NCBI GenBank assembly: GCA_963775355.1
Contig: CAVZJA010000012.1
Coordinates: forward strand, 14,795 to 78,794
DNA from: an uncultured Actinomycetota bacterium
GTDB taxonomy: Bacteria; Actinomycetota; Thermoleophilia; Gaiellales; Gaiellaceae
Reading direction: 5' to 3'
DNA length: 64,000 nt
Shown here: positions 48,974-59,130 of the stretch, in pieces
Layout: every line of letters starts with the position of its first letter
How positions within the stretch are numbered: position 1 is the first letter of the stretch
Notes under the pieces: model-generated
What the model was told of the DNA's origin: nothing
The model's database searches: none
The model's input: only the letters and a program-made list of their open reading frames with translations
Program-made: the position numbers and the translations under genes

Positions 48974-49347
48974 TGCGCACCGCCATCGCCATCGGTGTTG
49001 CCGGCGCCCTGGGCGCGTTGGCCCGGTACGGGGTCGGCGGTCTCATCAGCCGCCGCAACCAGGGTGCGTTTCCCTGGGAGACTTTCGTCGTGAATATCAG
49101 CGGCTCGTTCGTCCTCGGCTTCGTCTTCACCGCCGCGACGGAGCGCTGGGCCCTCGCGCCCTGGCTTCGCTCCGGGATCACGATCGGCTTCATCGGGGCT
49201 TACACGACCTTCTCGACCTTCATGCTCGAGACCTACCGTCTGACCGAGGATCGTGCTCACGGGCTCGCGTTCGCGAATGTCGTCGGGTCGTGCGTCGCCG
49301 GCCTCGTTGCGGTCTATCTCGGGGTCGTCCTGGGACGGGCGGTATGA
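48973..49347 (+). CDS. crcB: fluoride ion channel CrcB/FluC
   Basis: MRTAIAIGVAGALGALARYGV...GAYTTFSTF. 124 aa. Confidence 0.9.
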   Translation: MRTAIAIGVAGALGALARYGVGGLISRRNQGAFPWETFVVNISGSFVLGFVFTAATERWALAPWLRSGITIGFIGAYTTFSTFMLETYRLTEDRAHGLAFANVVGSCVAGLVAVYLGVVLGRAV

Positions 49348-49700
49348 CCCGCCTCGAGGGTGATGGCAAGCTCGTCCGCATCTTCATCGGCGAGTCCGAC
49401 ACCTGGCACGGAAAGCCGCTCTACCAGGCGATCGTCAAGCGCGTCCGCGAGGAGGGCCTCGCCGGCGCGACCGTCACGCGGGGGATCGAGGGCTACGGTG
49501 CCAGCTCGCACCTCCACACCTCGCGAATCCTCAGGCTCTCCGAAGACCTGCCGCTCGTGATCGAGATCGTCGACACCGAGCAGCGGATCGAGGCGCTGCT
49601 ACCGATCCTCGACGAGATGGTCGGCGACGGGATGGTGACGATCGAGACGGTCCGGATCGTGACCTACCGCGCGTCCGACTCGAGGACGAGCGGGAAGTAG
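49344..49700 (+). CDS. DUF190 domain protein (commonly linked to crcB)
   Basis: KLVRIFIGESDTWHGKPLYQAIV...RGIEGYG. ATGA overlap with the crcB stop. Confidence 0.8.
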   Translation: MTRLEGDGKLVRIFIGESDTWHGKPLYQAIVKRVREEGLAGATVTRGIEGYGASSHLHTSRILRLSEDLPLVIEIVDTEQRIEALLPILDEMVGDGMVTIETVRIVTYRASDSRTSGK

Positions 49701-51152
49701 GGCGGGGAGAGCAGGAACCCGATCCGCTCGGCGCCCCGTCCGCGGGCCATCCCGAGCGCCGCGCCGAAGCTGTGAACCGGCACGAGCCCGAGCTGCCGGG
49801 CGGCGTGAGCATCGCGGCAGCCGGCGATCAGCACCGGGCCGAGCCTGCTCAACGCCGGGTCGCAGGCGCTCCACGAGAGGAACGGCTCGAGCGGGATGGA
49901 TCGAGCGGCCGGCGCGGTAGTCCGCGATCGCGCGCCTGTCCGCGAGTGCGTCCCGCTCGGCCTCGCGGAGCGCGTCCGAGTCTCGGGCGGTGCGCGGGTC
50001 GGAGAACAGCGCGCGGTACGGCGTCTGGACCGGAGCAGGGAAGCGGCGGTGGAAGTCGTGGAGGAGGATCGCGGTCCCGCCGGGACGCACCGGGAAGCCG
50101 TTCCGCCAGAGCCGTAGCGCGAGGCCGAGCCCGAAATAGGCCGCCGAGACCGGGTTCGGGGTGCCGCGGGGCAGGAACGGCGTCGTGGCCGGGATGCCGA
50201 TCACGATCGCGTCGAGCGGCTCGTCGAGCGTCGCGCCCTTGAACTCGATCGCCCGCAGCAGCGCCTCGGAGTGTGCGGCGGACGGCGTACCGCCGAGAAC
50301 CGTGGCGGCCGACAGCTCACGTGGGACACGCTCGATTACCCGGCGGCGCAGCTCCGTCGGCAGCACGCCGATGCCGCGGCGCAGCCTCGAGCCGGCGATC
50401 CGCTCGAGGCTTCGCTCGTCGTAGGGATAGCCGCCGTAGACGTGCGGAAGGTTCAGGACGAGCGAGACGCCGTAGACCGGGCTGCGCGCGGCGAGCAGCC
50501 GCTCGAGCTCGACGGCGAGCGCCCAGCCCGCGGATGAGGACGTCTCGAGCAAGGACGTCGCGCCCGACGAGCGCAGCACCTCCCGTGAGCACGCGCGGAC
50601 GAGCGCCGACGGGCCACCGTGCAGGACGCTCTCGGCAGCCGTGACGGTCACGACCAGATCGGTCTCGGCGAGCGCGGGGGAGATGCGGACAGGCCGTCCC
50701 GCGATCGTGCCGAGCTCGACGAGGTCTTCGCCTTCGACGTCGTGGACGATCAGCCGGCCGCGGAAACGGCGGCGGAACTCGGGCGGGACGAGGAGACCGA
50801 TCTCGCGTGGAGACGGTCGCCGGCCGAGGCCGCCCGCGACGAGGATCGTCACGTTCGCGACCCCGAGCCGCCCCAGCTCCTCGACGGTCGCGGCGATCGC
50901 CTCCTCGCGCGGATCCGGCGCGCACGAGGGAACGGGAAGGTTCGGCAGCTCGATCACCACCGTCGCCGAGCCGCCCGGTGTCGCGAGCGAAGCCAGCGGA
51001 GGGCCCGCGAGCGGGAACCGCAGCGCCTCCCGCGTGGCCGACCCGACCGCGTTCAGCACGTCCGTCGGCGGCGGCGGGCGCAGCACGACGCCGTCATCCG
51101 GGACGTCGACTACCGCGATCCTGGCGCCGGAGAGGAGCGGAATCCGGGTCAC
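49664..51152 (-). pseudogene. LarA-like (DUF2088 lactate racemase N-terminal domain family) protein, one +1 frameshift near 49893
   Basis: The long N-terminal ORF is good until ...YRAGRSIHP. The C-terminus continues in ORF 49664..49852 (LEPFLSW...LIAGCRDAHAARQLG...) after one C is removed from catCCCgctc. Confidence 0.55.
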
Positions 51153-51179
51153 GGGCGCGGCGGTAGCATCGGATACCTA

Positions 51180-53741
51180 GTGTGTCCGAAGACGCTGACG
51201 GGGGAAGAGCTCGAGCTCGACGACGCTCCGGCCCGCGACGCCGACCTCTTCCTCGTCGACGGCAACAACCTCGCCTACCGCGCGTTCTTTGCGCTGCCGG
51301 AGGAGCTCGCCACGTCGGACGGCGTGCCCACCGGTGCTCTTCTCGGCTTCACGAACATGCTCTTCAAGCTGCTCTCCGACTACCGCCCGAAGGCGGTCGC
51401 GGTGGCCTGGGACTCACGGCCCGTGCACCGGAAGGAGCTGGCCGAGGCGGGCGACGTCGTCTACAAGGAAGGCCGCAGGCCGATGCCGGATCTCCTGCGG
51501 GAGCAGTTCCCGAGCTTCCGGCCGCTCGTCGAGGCGTTCGGCTACCGGAACCTCGAGTTCGAGGGGTGGGAAGCCGACGACGTGATCGCCACGCTGGCGA
51601 CGCGCGCCGACTCCGAGGGCGTCCGCACGTGCGTGGTCTCGACCGACCGCGATGCGTTCCAGCTCTGCTCGGACAACATCTGCCTGATGATGACCCCGCG
51701 CGGGGTCGCAGACGTTCAGGTCTATACCCCTGCGCGCGTCGAGGCTCGCTACGGCATCCGTCCCGACCAGATCCCCGACTTCATCGGGCTGAAGGGCGAC
51801 ACGTCCGACAACATCCCCGGCATCCCCGGGATCGGCGACAAGACCGCCGGGGAGCTGATCGTCCGCTTCGGATCGCTCGAGGCCGTGATCGAGCACGCCG
51901 GCGACCTGACGCCCGCCCGATCGCGGGCCGTCACCGAGCACGCCGAGCAGGCGCGGCTCTCGAAGCAGCTGGCGACGATGCGGCGCGACCTCGAGCTCGA
52001 CTTCGAGCCCTCCCAGCTCGTGCTCGCCCCGCCCGACCGCTCGCAGCTGAAGGAGTTCTTCCGCCGCTTCGAGTTTCGCGGGCTGCTCTCGCGGCTCGAC
52101 ACGCTCGACGAGGCGGTCCCGGCTGCTTCCGTCGACGTCACGGGCGTCGCGGTTCCCTGGCGCGAAGGCGAGCCCGTCGCCTCCGGCCGGGCCGGCTTCG
52201 CGGCTGCGGGCGATCGTGCTGCCGTGTCCACGGACGAAGGTGTCGTTGTCGGCCCGCGCCCCGCCAGGATCGAAGGCGAGCTTGTTGTGCACGACGCAAA
52301 AGCAGCCGGTGTAAACGCGATCGACGACACATTGATTGCGGCCTATCTGATCGACCCCGGGCGTTCCGAGTACGAGCTCTCCGACCTGGGCGCCGAGTAC
52401 GGGATCGAGCTACTGCCCGAGCCGGCCGCCGAGGAGGAGACGGCGGCTCTGGTGATCGCCGCAGAGCTGCCGCGCCGGCTCGCCCCGCTGATGCTGGCTC
52501 GCCTCGAGGAGCGGAGCCTCATCGCTCTCTATCGCGAGATCGAGCTTCCGCTCACGCGGGTGCTCGCCGATATGGAGCAGGCCGGGGTGAAGATCGACAC
52601 CTATCGGATGGGCGAGATCACCGCGAGGCTCGCCGAGCGCGTCGCCGAGCTCGAGTCGATCGCCTACGACCTTGCGGGCGAGGAGTTCATGATCGGCTCG
52701 ACCCAGCAGGTCGCCCGCGTCCTGTTCGAGCAGCTCGGACTGACCGCGGGTCGCAAGGGCAAGACCGGGTACTCGACCGACGCGAAGGTGCTGCGGTCGA
52801 TCCGCCAGGAGCACGCGATCGTCCCGGTGATCGAGGAGTGGCGCGAGCTGTCGAAGCTGCTCAACACCTACCTCGGCCCGCTGCCGACCCTGATCGACGA
52901 GTCGACCGGGCGCCTGCACACGACGATCAACCAGACGGTCGCCGCGACCGGGCGGCTCTCGACGACGAGCCCGAACCTGCAGTCGATCCCGATCCGCACC
53001 GACCTCGGGCGCGAGATCCGCTCCGCGTTCATCGCCGAGGACGGTGCGAAGCTGCTCTCGGCCGATTACTCGCAGATCGAGCTCCGCATCCTCGCGCACC
53101 TCTCCGGCGAGCCGAAGCTGCGCGAGGCGTTTGCGCGCGGCGAGGACATCCACCGCGCGACCGCCGCGGAGGTGCTCGGCAAGGACCCGGCGACGCTCAC
53201 GACCGGTGAGCGCTCGATCGCCAAGATGATCAACTTCGGGATCGTCTACGGAATCTCGGCCTACGGCCTCTCCGAGAACCTCGAGATCCCCCGCGCGGAG
53301 GCGCAGGCGCTGATCGACGCCTACCTCGCGCGCTTCCCGTTCGTCCAGGACTTCATCGCGCGGACGGTCGAGCAGGCGGCGCGCGACGGCTACGCGACGA
53401 CCATCCTCGGCCGCCGGCGCGCGATCCCCGAGCTGAAGGCCAGCAACCCCATGACACGGCAGTTCGGCGAACGGGTCGCGGTCAACTTCCCGATGCAGGG
53501 CTCGAACGCCGACATCATCAAGGTCGCGATGATCCGGATCCACGACCGCCTGCGCGACGAGGGCCGCGCAGCTCGGCTCGTGCTCCAGGTGCACGACGAG
53601 CTCCTGCTCGAGGTGCCCGACAACGAGGTCAAGGCGATACGGGACCTCGTCCGCGACGAGATGTGCAACGCGTACGATCTCGATCCTCCACTCGCGGTCG
53701 ACGTGGGCGTGGGGGAGAACTGGGCGGAGGCTAAGAGTTGA
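51180..53741 (+). CDS. polA: DNA polymerase I
   Basis: 5' nuclease LFLVDGNNLAYRAFFAL; polymerase motifs LLSADYSQIELRILAH, RSIAKMINFGIVYG and QVHDELLLEV. A GTG start is assumed. Confidence 0.95.
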   Translation: MCPKTLTGEELELDDAPARDADLFLVDGNNLAYRAFFALPEELATSDGVPTGALLGFTNMLFKLLSDYRPKAVAVAWDSRPVHRKELAEAGDVVYKEGRRPMPDLLREQFPSFRPLVEAFGYRNLEFEGWEADDVIATLATRADSEGVRTCVVSTDRDAFQLCSDNICLMMTPRGVADVQVYTPARVEARYGIRPDQIPDFIGLKGDTSDNIPGIPGIGDKTAGELIVRFGSLEAVIEHAGDLTPARSRAVTEHAEQARLSKQLATMRRDLELDFEPSQLVLAPPDRSQLKEFFRRFEFRGLLSRLDTLDEAVPAASVDVTGVAVPWREGEPVASGRAGFAAAGDRAAVSTDEGVVVGPRPARIEGELVVHDAKAAGVNAIDDTLIAAYLIDPGRSEYELSDLGAEYGIELLPEPAAEEETAALVIAAELPRRLAPLMLARLEERSLIALYREIELPLTRVLADMEQAGVKIDTYRMGEITARLAERVAELESIAYDLAGEEFMIGSTQQVARVLFEQLGLTAGRKGKTGYSTDAKVLRSIRQEHAIVPVIEEWRELSKLLNTYLGPLPTLIDESTGRLHTTINQTVAATGRLSTTSPNLQSIPIRTDLGREIRSAFIAEDGAKLLSADYSQIELRILAHLSGEPKLREAFARGEDIHRATAAEVLGKDPATLTTGERSIAKMINFGIVYGISAYGLSENLEIPRAEAQALIDAYLARFPFVQDFIARTVEQAARDGYATTILGRRRAIPELKASNPMTRQFGERVAVNFPMQGSNADIIKVAMIRIHDRLRDEGRAARLVLQVHDELLLEVPDNEVKAIRDLVRDEMCNAYDLDPPLAVDVGVGENWAEAKS

Positions 53742-53821
53742 CCATCACCACCTTGTCACCCGATCCGTCGGGTGCGGAACCGGCTGCTCACACGGGCGAG
53801 CTATACTTCCCGACCGTTTTG

Positions 53822-55270
53822 ATGAGCAGCGATCTCATGGAGCAAGAGCCCGGCGTTTGGGTCACCGGACCCGACGGTGAGCTGATTCCCGACTACGAGT
53901 CGACCTTCCCCGAAATCAACGAGGGAGAGGTCGTGCACGGCACCGTCGTGCGCGTCGACAAGGACGAGGTCCTCGTCGACATCGGCTACAAGTCGGAGGG
54001 CGTCATCCCCGTCGCCGAGCTCTCGATCCGCCGCTCCGTCAATCCCGCCGACGAGGTCAGCCTCGGCGACGAGATCGACGCGCTCGTCCTCACGAAGGAG
54101 GACGCAGAAGGTCGCCTCATCCTCTCCAAGAAGCGTGCGCGCTTCGAGCTCGCCTGGAAGAACATCGAGCGCGCGGCCGAGTCGGGCGAGCCCGTCGACG
54201 GCCGCGTGATCGAGGTCGTCAAGGGCGGCCTGATCCTCGACCTCGGCGTCCGCGGCTTCCTGCCCGCCTCTCTGGTCGACATCCGCCGCGTCCAGGATCT
54301 CGACGAGTTCCTGGGCCAGGAGCTCCGCTGCAAGGTGATCGAGCTGAACCGCGCGCGTAACAACGTCGTGCTCTCGCGCCGCGCCGTCCTCGAGGAGGAG
54401 CGCAAGGAGCAGCGCCAGCAGATTCTCGACCGGCTCCAGCCCGGCGCCGTCGTCGAGGGCCAGATCTCCAACATCGTCGACTTCGGCGCCTTCGTCGACC
54501 TCGACGGCATGGACGGCCTGATCCACATCTCCGAGCTCTCCTGGTCGCACGTCAACCATCCGTCCGAGATCCTCGAGATCGGCCAGACGGTGCAGGTCAA
54601 GGTGCTCGACATCGACCGCGACCGCCAGCGCATCTCGCTCGGCCTGAAGCAGACCCAGAACGACCCCTGGCAGCAGGTGCTCGAGAGCTACCACGAGAAC
54701 GACGTCGTCGAGGGACGCGTCACGAAGGTCGTCACCTTCGGCGCCTTCGTCGAGATCCTCCCGGGAGTCGAGGGCCTCGTCCACATCTCCGAGCTCGCCC
54801 AGCATCACGTCGAGAACCCGCGCGAGGTCGTCTCGCAGGGCCAGGCGGTCAACGTCAAGATCATCGAGATCGACGGCGAGCGGCGCAGGCTGTCGCTTTC
54901 GCTGAAGCGCGTCGAGCCCGACGAGCCGGTCCAGCCGCGCGCCGACGGCGGCGAGTCCGTGCATCTCCACCCGAATCTCGATCTCTCCGACCGCGACGGC
55001 GGCGACGACGCCGATGTCGATCCGGCTGCCTACGCAGATCTCGCGCCGGTGGAAGAAGCCGAGGTGGACGCTGAGGTCGAGGCAGAGGTGGAGGCCGAGG
55101 TCGAGGCAGAGGTGGAGGCCGAAGTCGAGGCCGAGGCCGAGGTTGAAGCCGAAGTCGACGCCGAGGCGGAGGCCGAAGTAGAGGCCGAGGCCGATGTGGT
55201 GGCCGAGGCGAAGCTCGCGTCCGAGCCGGCCGAGGACGACGCGGCCGCAGAAGCAGCCTCCGAGGAGTGA
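53822..55270 (+). CDS. rpsA: 30S ribosomal protein S1 with acidic (A/E/V) repeat tail
   Basis: Four S1 domains (GxVxxVxxFGAFVDL-type). The C-terminal tail is AEVDAEVEAEVEAEVEAEVEAEVEAEAEVEAEVDAEAEAEVEAEADVVAEA. Confidence 0.95.
   Translation: MSSDLMEQEPGVWVTGPDGELIPDYESTFPEINEGEVVHGTVVRVDKDEVLVDIGYKSEGVIPVAELSIRRSVNPADEVSLGDEIDALVLTKEDAEGRLILSKKRARFELAWKNIERAAESGEPVDGRVIEVVKGGLILDLGVRGFLPASLVDIRRVQDLDEFLGQELRCKVIELNRARNNVVLSRRAVLEEERKEQRQQILDRLQPGAVVEGQISNIVDFGAFVDLDGMDGLIHISELSWSHVNHPSEILEIGQTVQVKVLDIDRDRQRISLGLKQTQNDPWQQVLESYHENDVVEGRVTKVVTFGAFVEILPGVEGLVHISELAQHHVENPREVVSQGQAVNVKIIEIDGERRRLSLSLKRVEPDEPVQPRADGGESVHLHPNLDLSDRDGGDDADVDPAAYADLAPVEEAEVDAEVEAEVEAEVEAEVEAEVEAEAEVEAEVDAEAEAEVEAEADVVAEAKLASEPAEDDAAAEAASEE
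55061..55210 (+). repeat. 12-nt period tandem repeat (GAG GTS GAG GCM) encoding the S1 tail
   Basis: The 24-nt unit gaggtcgaggcagaggtggaggcc occurs twice perfectly (55073-55120) and is flanked by degenerate units. Confidence 0.8.
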
Positions 55271-55851
55271 CCCGGCCGGTCGCCGTCGCGATCACCGGCG
55301 GCATCGGAGCAGGCAAGAGCGAGGCGCTTCGCGCCTTTCGTCGCTGCGGAGCGGCAACCGTCTCGAGCGACGAGATCGTGCACGAGCTGCTGCGCCACGA
55401 CGAGGTGAAGCGGGCGATCGTGGCGCGCTTCGGCGAGGGAGTCGCGGGCTCCGACGGGGAGCTCGACCGCGCAGCGATCGCAGACGTCGTCTTCGAGGAC
55501 AGCGAGGCGCTCGCGTGGCTCGAGGCACTGCTCCACCCACTCGTCACGCGCGAGTACCTGGCATGGCGGGACCAGCTCGGCGAGCTCTCGAACCCGCCGC
55601 GGGTGACCGTCACTGAGGTGCCGCTGCTCTATGAGTCGGGCGGTGAGGAGCGTTTCGACAAGGTGGTCGTGATCACGGCTCCGGAGAAGCTTCGCCGGAT
55701 GAGGTCGCAATCGGCGACCGACAAGCGGGAGCAGCGGTTGATCCCCGACCGGGAGAAGATCGCGAAGGCCGACTACAGCTACGCCAACACCGGAACGCCC
55801 GAGGAGCTGGAGGAGTTCGTCAGGTCGGTGATGGACGATTTGACCAGATGA
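55267..55851 (+). CDS. coaE: dephospho-CoA kinase
   Basis: VAITGGIGAGKSEAL P-loop. GTGA overlap with the rpsA stop. Confidence 0.9.
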   Translation: MTRPVAVAITGGIGAGKSEALRAFRRCGAATVSSDEIVHELLRHDEVKRAIVARFGEGVAGSDGELDRAAIADVVFEDSEALAWLEALLHPLVTREYLAWRDQLGELSNPPRVTVTEVPLLYESGGEERFDKVVVITAPEKLRRMRSQSATDKREQRLIPDREKIAKADYSYANTGTPEELEEFVRSVMDDLTR

Positions 55852-55855
55852 GCAA

Positions 55856-56413
55856 ATGAGACGCCTCGCAGCCGTGCTGGCCCTCGTCGCGTTCGCGCTG
55901 GTCGGGGTTGCGCTCTACGTGATCGAGTCGAGCCCGCCATGGTTCGAGCGGATCCGCTATCCGCTGCATTACACCGCGATCGTTCGCGAGCGCGCGAGGG
56001 CCGAGGGCATCGACCCGGCGCTCCTCGCGGCGGTGATCTATCAGGAGTCGAAGTTCCAACCCTCGGCGAGGTCGAGGTCGGGCGCGATCGGCTTGATGCA
56101 GCTCACGCCCTCGACCGCCCAGGGGATCGCGCTCCGAACCGGCGGGACGGCGTTCAAGGTCAGCGACCTCACCGACCCGACGATCAACATTCGCTACGGA
56201 ACGTGGTACCTGCACGACCTGTTCGCGAAGTACGGCTCGGTCCGGCTCGTGCTCGCCGCCTACAACGCAGGCCAGGGCAACGTCGACCGCTGGCGCAAGG
56301 CGGGCGAGGGAATCCAGTTCCCCGAGACGCGCGCGTACATCGACCGGGTCGTGCACCTCGAGCAGGTCTACCGGAAGGCCTGGCACTCGCAGCTCTATCC
56401 GGCACTCCCCTAG
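55856..56413 (+). CDS. lytic transglycosylase (SLT domain), membrane anchored
   Basis: IYQESKFQPSARSRSGAIGLMQL and AYNAGQGNV. Confidence 0.85.
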   Translation: MRRLAAVLALVAFALVGVALYVIESSPPWFERIRYPLHYTAIVRERARAEGIDPALLAAVIYQESKFQPSARSRSGAIGLMQLTPSTAQGIALRTGGTAFKVSDLTDPTINIRYGTWYLHDLFAKYGSVRLVLAAYNAGQGNVDRWRKAGEGIQFPETRAYIDRVVHLEQVYRKAWHSQLYPALP

Positions 56414-56435
56414 CTGCTCACGGCAGACTTGGGGA

Positions 56436-56891
56436 ATGCGCGTCTCGGCGAAAGCGGACTATGCGGTGCGGGCGATGGTCGAGCTCGCCTCGGCCGGGGA
56501 GGGCCCCGTGAAGGCGGATCGGATCGCTCAGTCGCAGGGGATCCCGATCAAGTTCCTCGAGAACATCATGTCGGAGCTCAGGAATGCCGCCCTTGTCCGG
56601 AGCCAGCGAGGGGTGGAAGGGGGCTACTGGCTCGCACGTCCCGCGGCCCAGATCACGCTCGCGCAGGTGATCCGCGCGGTCGACGGCCCGCTCGCGAACG
56701 TTCGCGGGGCCCGGCCCGAGGACGTCTCCTACGGCGGGACGGCCGAGCCTCTTCGCGATGTCTGGGTCGCCGTGCGCGCCAGCCTACGCCGGGTGCTCGA
56801 GGCCGTGACGCTCGCCGATGTCGCCGAGGGCGAGTTGCCCGCGGAGGTCAGGTCGCTGACCGAGGACGGCGAGGCCTGGCTCCCTCATTGA
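56436..56891 (+). CDS. Rrf2 family transcriptional regulator
   Basis: MRVSAKADYAVRAMVELA...IPIKFLENIMSELRNA. Confidence 0.85.
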   Translation: MRVSAKADYAVRAMVELASAGEGPVKADRIAQSQGIPIKFLENIMSELRNAALVRSQRGVEGGYWLARPAAQITLAQVIRAVDGPLANVRGARPEDVSYGGTAEPLRDVWVAVRASLRRVLEAVTLADVAEGELPAEVRSLTEDGEAWLPH

Positions 56892-56895
56892 GCTG

Positions 56896-59130
56896 CTAGC
56901 CCGGACGGCAGGTTCCGCCGATCTCGTCGGCGAGCGAGATCTGAGAGAGGAAGAGGCCGCCGATCCGGGAGCCGCCCGAATCGGCCTGGGTGCTCAGATC
57001 GCCGGGAATGACCTCCCGGGCCGGAGTCCGGAGAATCACGTCCGCGTATCCGTGCGCAGGAACGCAGACCGAGACCGTTCCCCAGGTTGTCGAAGCGGTC
57101 GCGGACCCGTGCCAGCCGGCGTGGTTCGAGGTGATCGACACCGGCCGGCTCCGGCCGTCGTCCGGGCCGCGGATCCCGACCGTGAGGCCTCGGATCTGGG
57201 GAGTCGTTGCCGATGGGACGGCAAAGACCCTGATCCGCACGGGCTTGCCGGGCCGGGTCCAGCCGTCGTCGTAGAGGCCGGACGAGAACCAGTCGGCGCG
57301 CCATGGCTGCGCGGCGTGGATCAGCATCACGTCTGTCTGGGCGACGACCGTGCCGGAGATCCGCGCCCTCGTCTCCTGGTCGGCTTCGACCACCCAGGGG
57401 CCGCCGGAGACAGTTGAGACGCCTGTCTTCGGGTTGAAGGCCGGGTGGAGCTTCGGGAACGTCTCGTTGGTGAACTCGAAGGCCGGAGCGGGTGAGAGCT
57501 GGACGTCGCGATCGACCGATTTGTTCCAGAACTCGTAGTCCCGCCAGTCACGCTCGCTGACGGCATAGTCCGAGGAAGTGGGGTAGGGAACGATCGTCAC
57601 GTCGGCCGTGGTGCCGACCTTCTGGTCGATCCAGCTGTAGCTCGCGCCGCTCGGGCTCGTTACGGCCCGTGTCGACGGCCCCGGATGGTGGAAGAAGTAC
57701 GAGAAGACGTCTGCGGACAGGTACGGGATGACGGCGAGGGGAGCGATCGCGAACGCAAGGATGAACGTCTGCCGCGAGAGGAGCCGGCGGCAGCCCAGGT
57801 AGATCAAGACGAGTGCGACAGTCCCACCAGCGAGCAGGATGCGCGCGCCACCGAGAGACCCGGCCGCCGAGACGATCGGTGGGTACAGGACCTGGATCGG
57901 CTCGTCCGAGTTGATGCTGCCGAGGGCCTCTGTCTGGATTGCGCCGAACGCGAAGCCGGCCACGACCACCAGCGTCACGACCCCGAGGGCGAGCGTGTGG
58001 CTGCGCGAGTCGCGGAGGGCGCAGACAAAGCCGAGGAACACGATCGGAACGAGGTAGATCAGGTAGCGGTCGAGGACGAGGCCGTCGATGAAGCGGAGGT
58101 CGAACACGGTGACCTGGATGAGCACCGCGACCGAGGCTGTCGCCCCGAGGCACGCGAACGCGTGTTGCTCCGGCCGGCCCGGCGGGCGGAAGAACCGTGC
58201 GAGCAGCCACGCGATCCCGACGACCAGGGGCAGGATGCCCACGCCGAGCGAGAAGCTGGCGAGATGCCAGGCGAGCGACTTCGGGATCCCGTGCGGAACG
58301 AGGTTGCCGGTGACCGTCGAGCCGTAGACGCCGAGCGCGCCGGCGAGCCGGCCGGATGCGAGGAGGCCGACGCCGGCGACGATCCCGACGGCGTAGACGA
58401 TCGCGGCAATCCGGTGCTTCGCGAGCGCGCCCTTGAGCGCCCGGCCCACGGGACGGCCTGCGGCGCCGATCTCGTACGCGGCGACGGCGATCGGGAGGAC
58501 GATCGCGAGCACGCCGAGCTGCGGGCGAGCCAGGAACGCGAGCGCGATCGCGCCGATCGCTAGGGCGTCGCGCCGCCGCGACGGCGCCACCAGGGCGCAC
58601 TGGAACGCGAGCAGCGCCCACAGGAATACCGGGTAGGCGGCCACCTCGCCCATCAGGAGGGCCGCGAAGAAGATCCAGGGCATGCAGACGGAGAGCGCCG
58701 CGACCAGGTAGGCGAAGAGACGCGAGTCGGTCACCCGCCGGGTGAGCAGATACGCCGGAATGCACGCCGACGTCATCAGGTAGGCGTTCAATGCGTGGGC
58801 GTTCCGAAGGTCGACGAGCACGTCGCCGCCGCGGAACGTGGGCGCGATCAGCAGCGGGTAGAGCTGGTCGAACGAGGCGACGAACTGCCGGTGCAGCACC
58901 GGCAGCGGCGAGAGCGTCTGGGCGACGGAGATCGCGCGATGCTCGTTCAGGAGCTCGTTCGGCATCGCGTACCAGTCGCGGACGCGCGTGGTGATCGCAG
59001 CGAGCGCTGTGCCGGCCAGGAGCCAGAGCAGCGTCAGCGGCAGTACGCGGCCGATGGTGCGCGGCAGAGTCGACTCCCGCGTGCCGGTCTCGCCGCCGAG
59101 CGGCTCGCCTGAGGAGGCCGGGACGCTCAC
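56896..59130 (-). CDS. large polytopic membrane protein with extracytoplasmic C-terminal domain (possible GT-C-type glycosyltransferase)
   Basis: About 744 aa from GTG 59130, with at least 12 TM segments followed by about 230 aa of soluble region. No firm family recognised. The start lies 29 nt after the cysA stop. Confidence 0.55.
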   Translation of the reverse strand: MSVPASSGEPLGGETGTRESTLPRTIGRVLPLTLLWLLAGTALAAITTRVRDWYAMPNELLNEHRAISVAQTLSPLPVLHRQFVASFDQLYPLLIAPTFRGGDVLVDLRNAHALNAYLMTSACIPAYLLTRRVTDSRLFAYLVAALSVCMPWIFFAALLMGEVAAYPVFLWALLAFQCALVAPSRRRDALAIGAIALAFLARPQLGVLAIVLPIAVAAYEIGAAGRPVGRALKGALAKHRIAAIVYAVGIVAGVGLLASGRLAGALGVYGSTVTGNLVPHGIPKSLAWHLASFSLGVGILPLVVGIAWLLARFFRPPGRPEQHAFACLGATASVAVLIQVTVFDLRFIDGLVLDRYLIYLVPIVFLGFVCALRDSRSHTLALGVVTLVVVAGFAFGAIQTEALGSINSDEPIQVLYPPIVSAAGSLGGARILLAGGTVALVLIYLGCRRLLSRQTFILAFAIAPLAVIPYLSADVFSYFFHHPGPSTRAVTSPSGASYSWIDQKVGTTADVTIVPYPTSSDYAVSERDWRDYEFWNKSVDRDVQLSPAPAFEFTNETFPKLHPAFNPKTGVSTVSGGPWVVEADQETRARISGTVVAQTDVMLIHAAQPWRADWFSSGLYDDGWTRPGKPVRIRVFAVPSATTPQIRGLTVGIRGPDDGRSRPVSITSNHAGWHGSATASTTWGTVSVCVPAHGYADVILRTPAREVIPGDLSTQADSGGSRIGGLFLSQISLADEIGGTCRPG

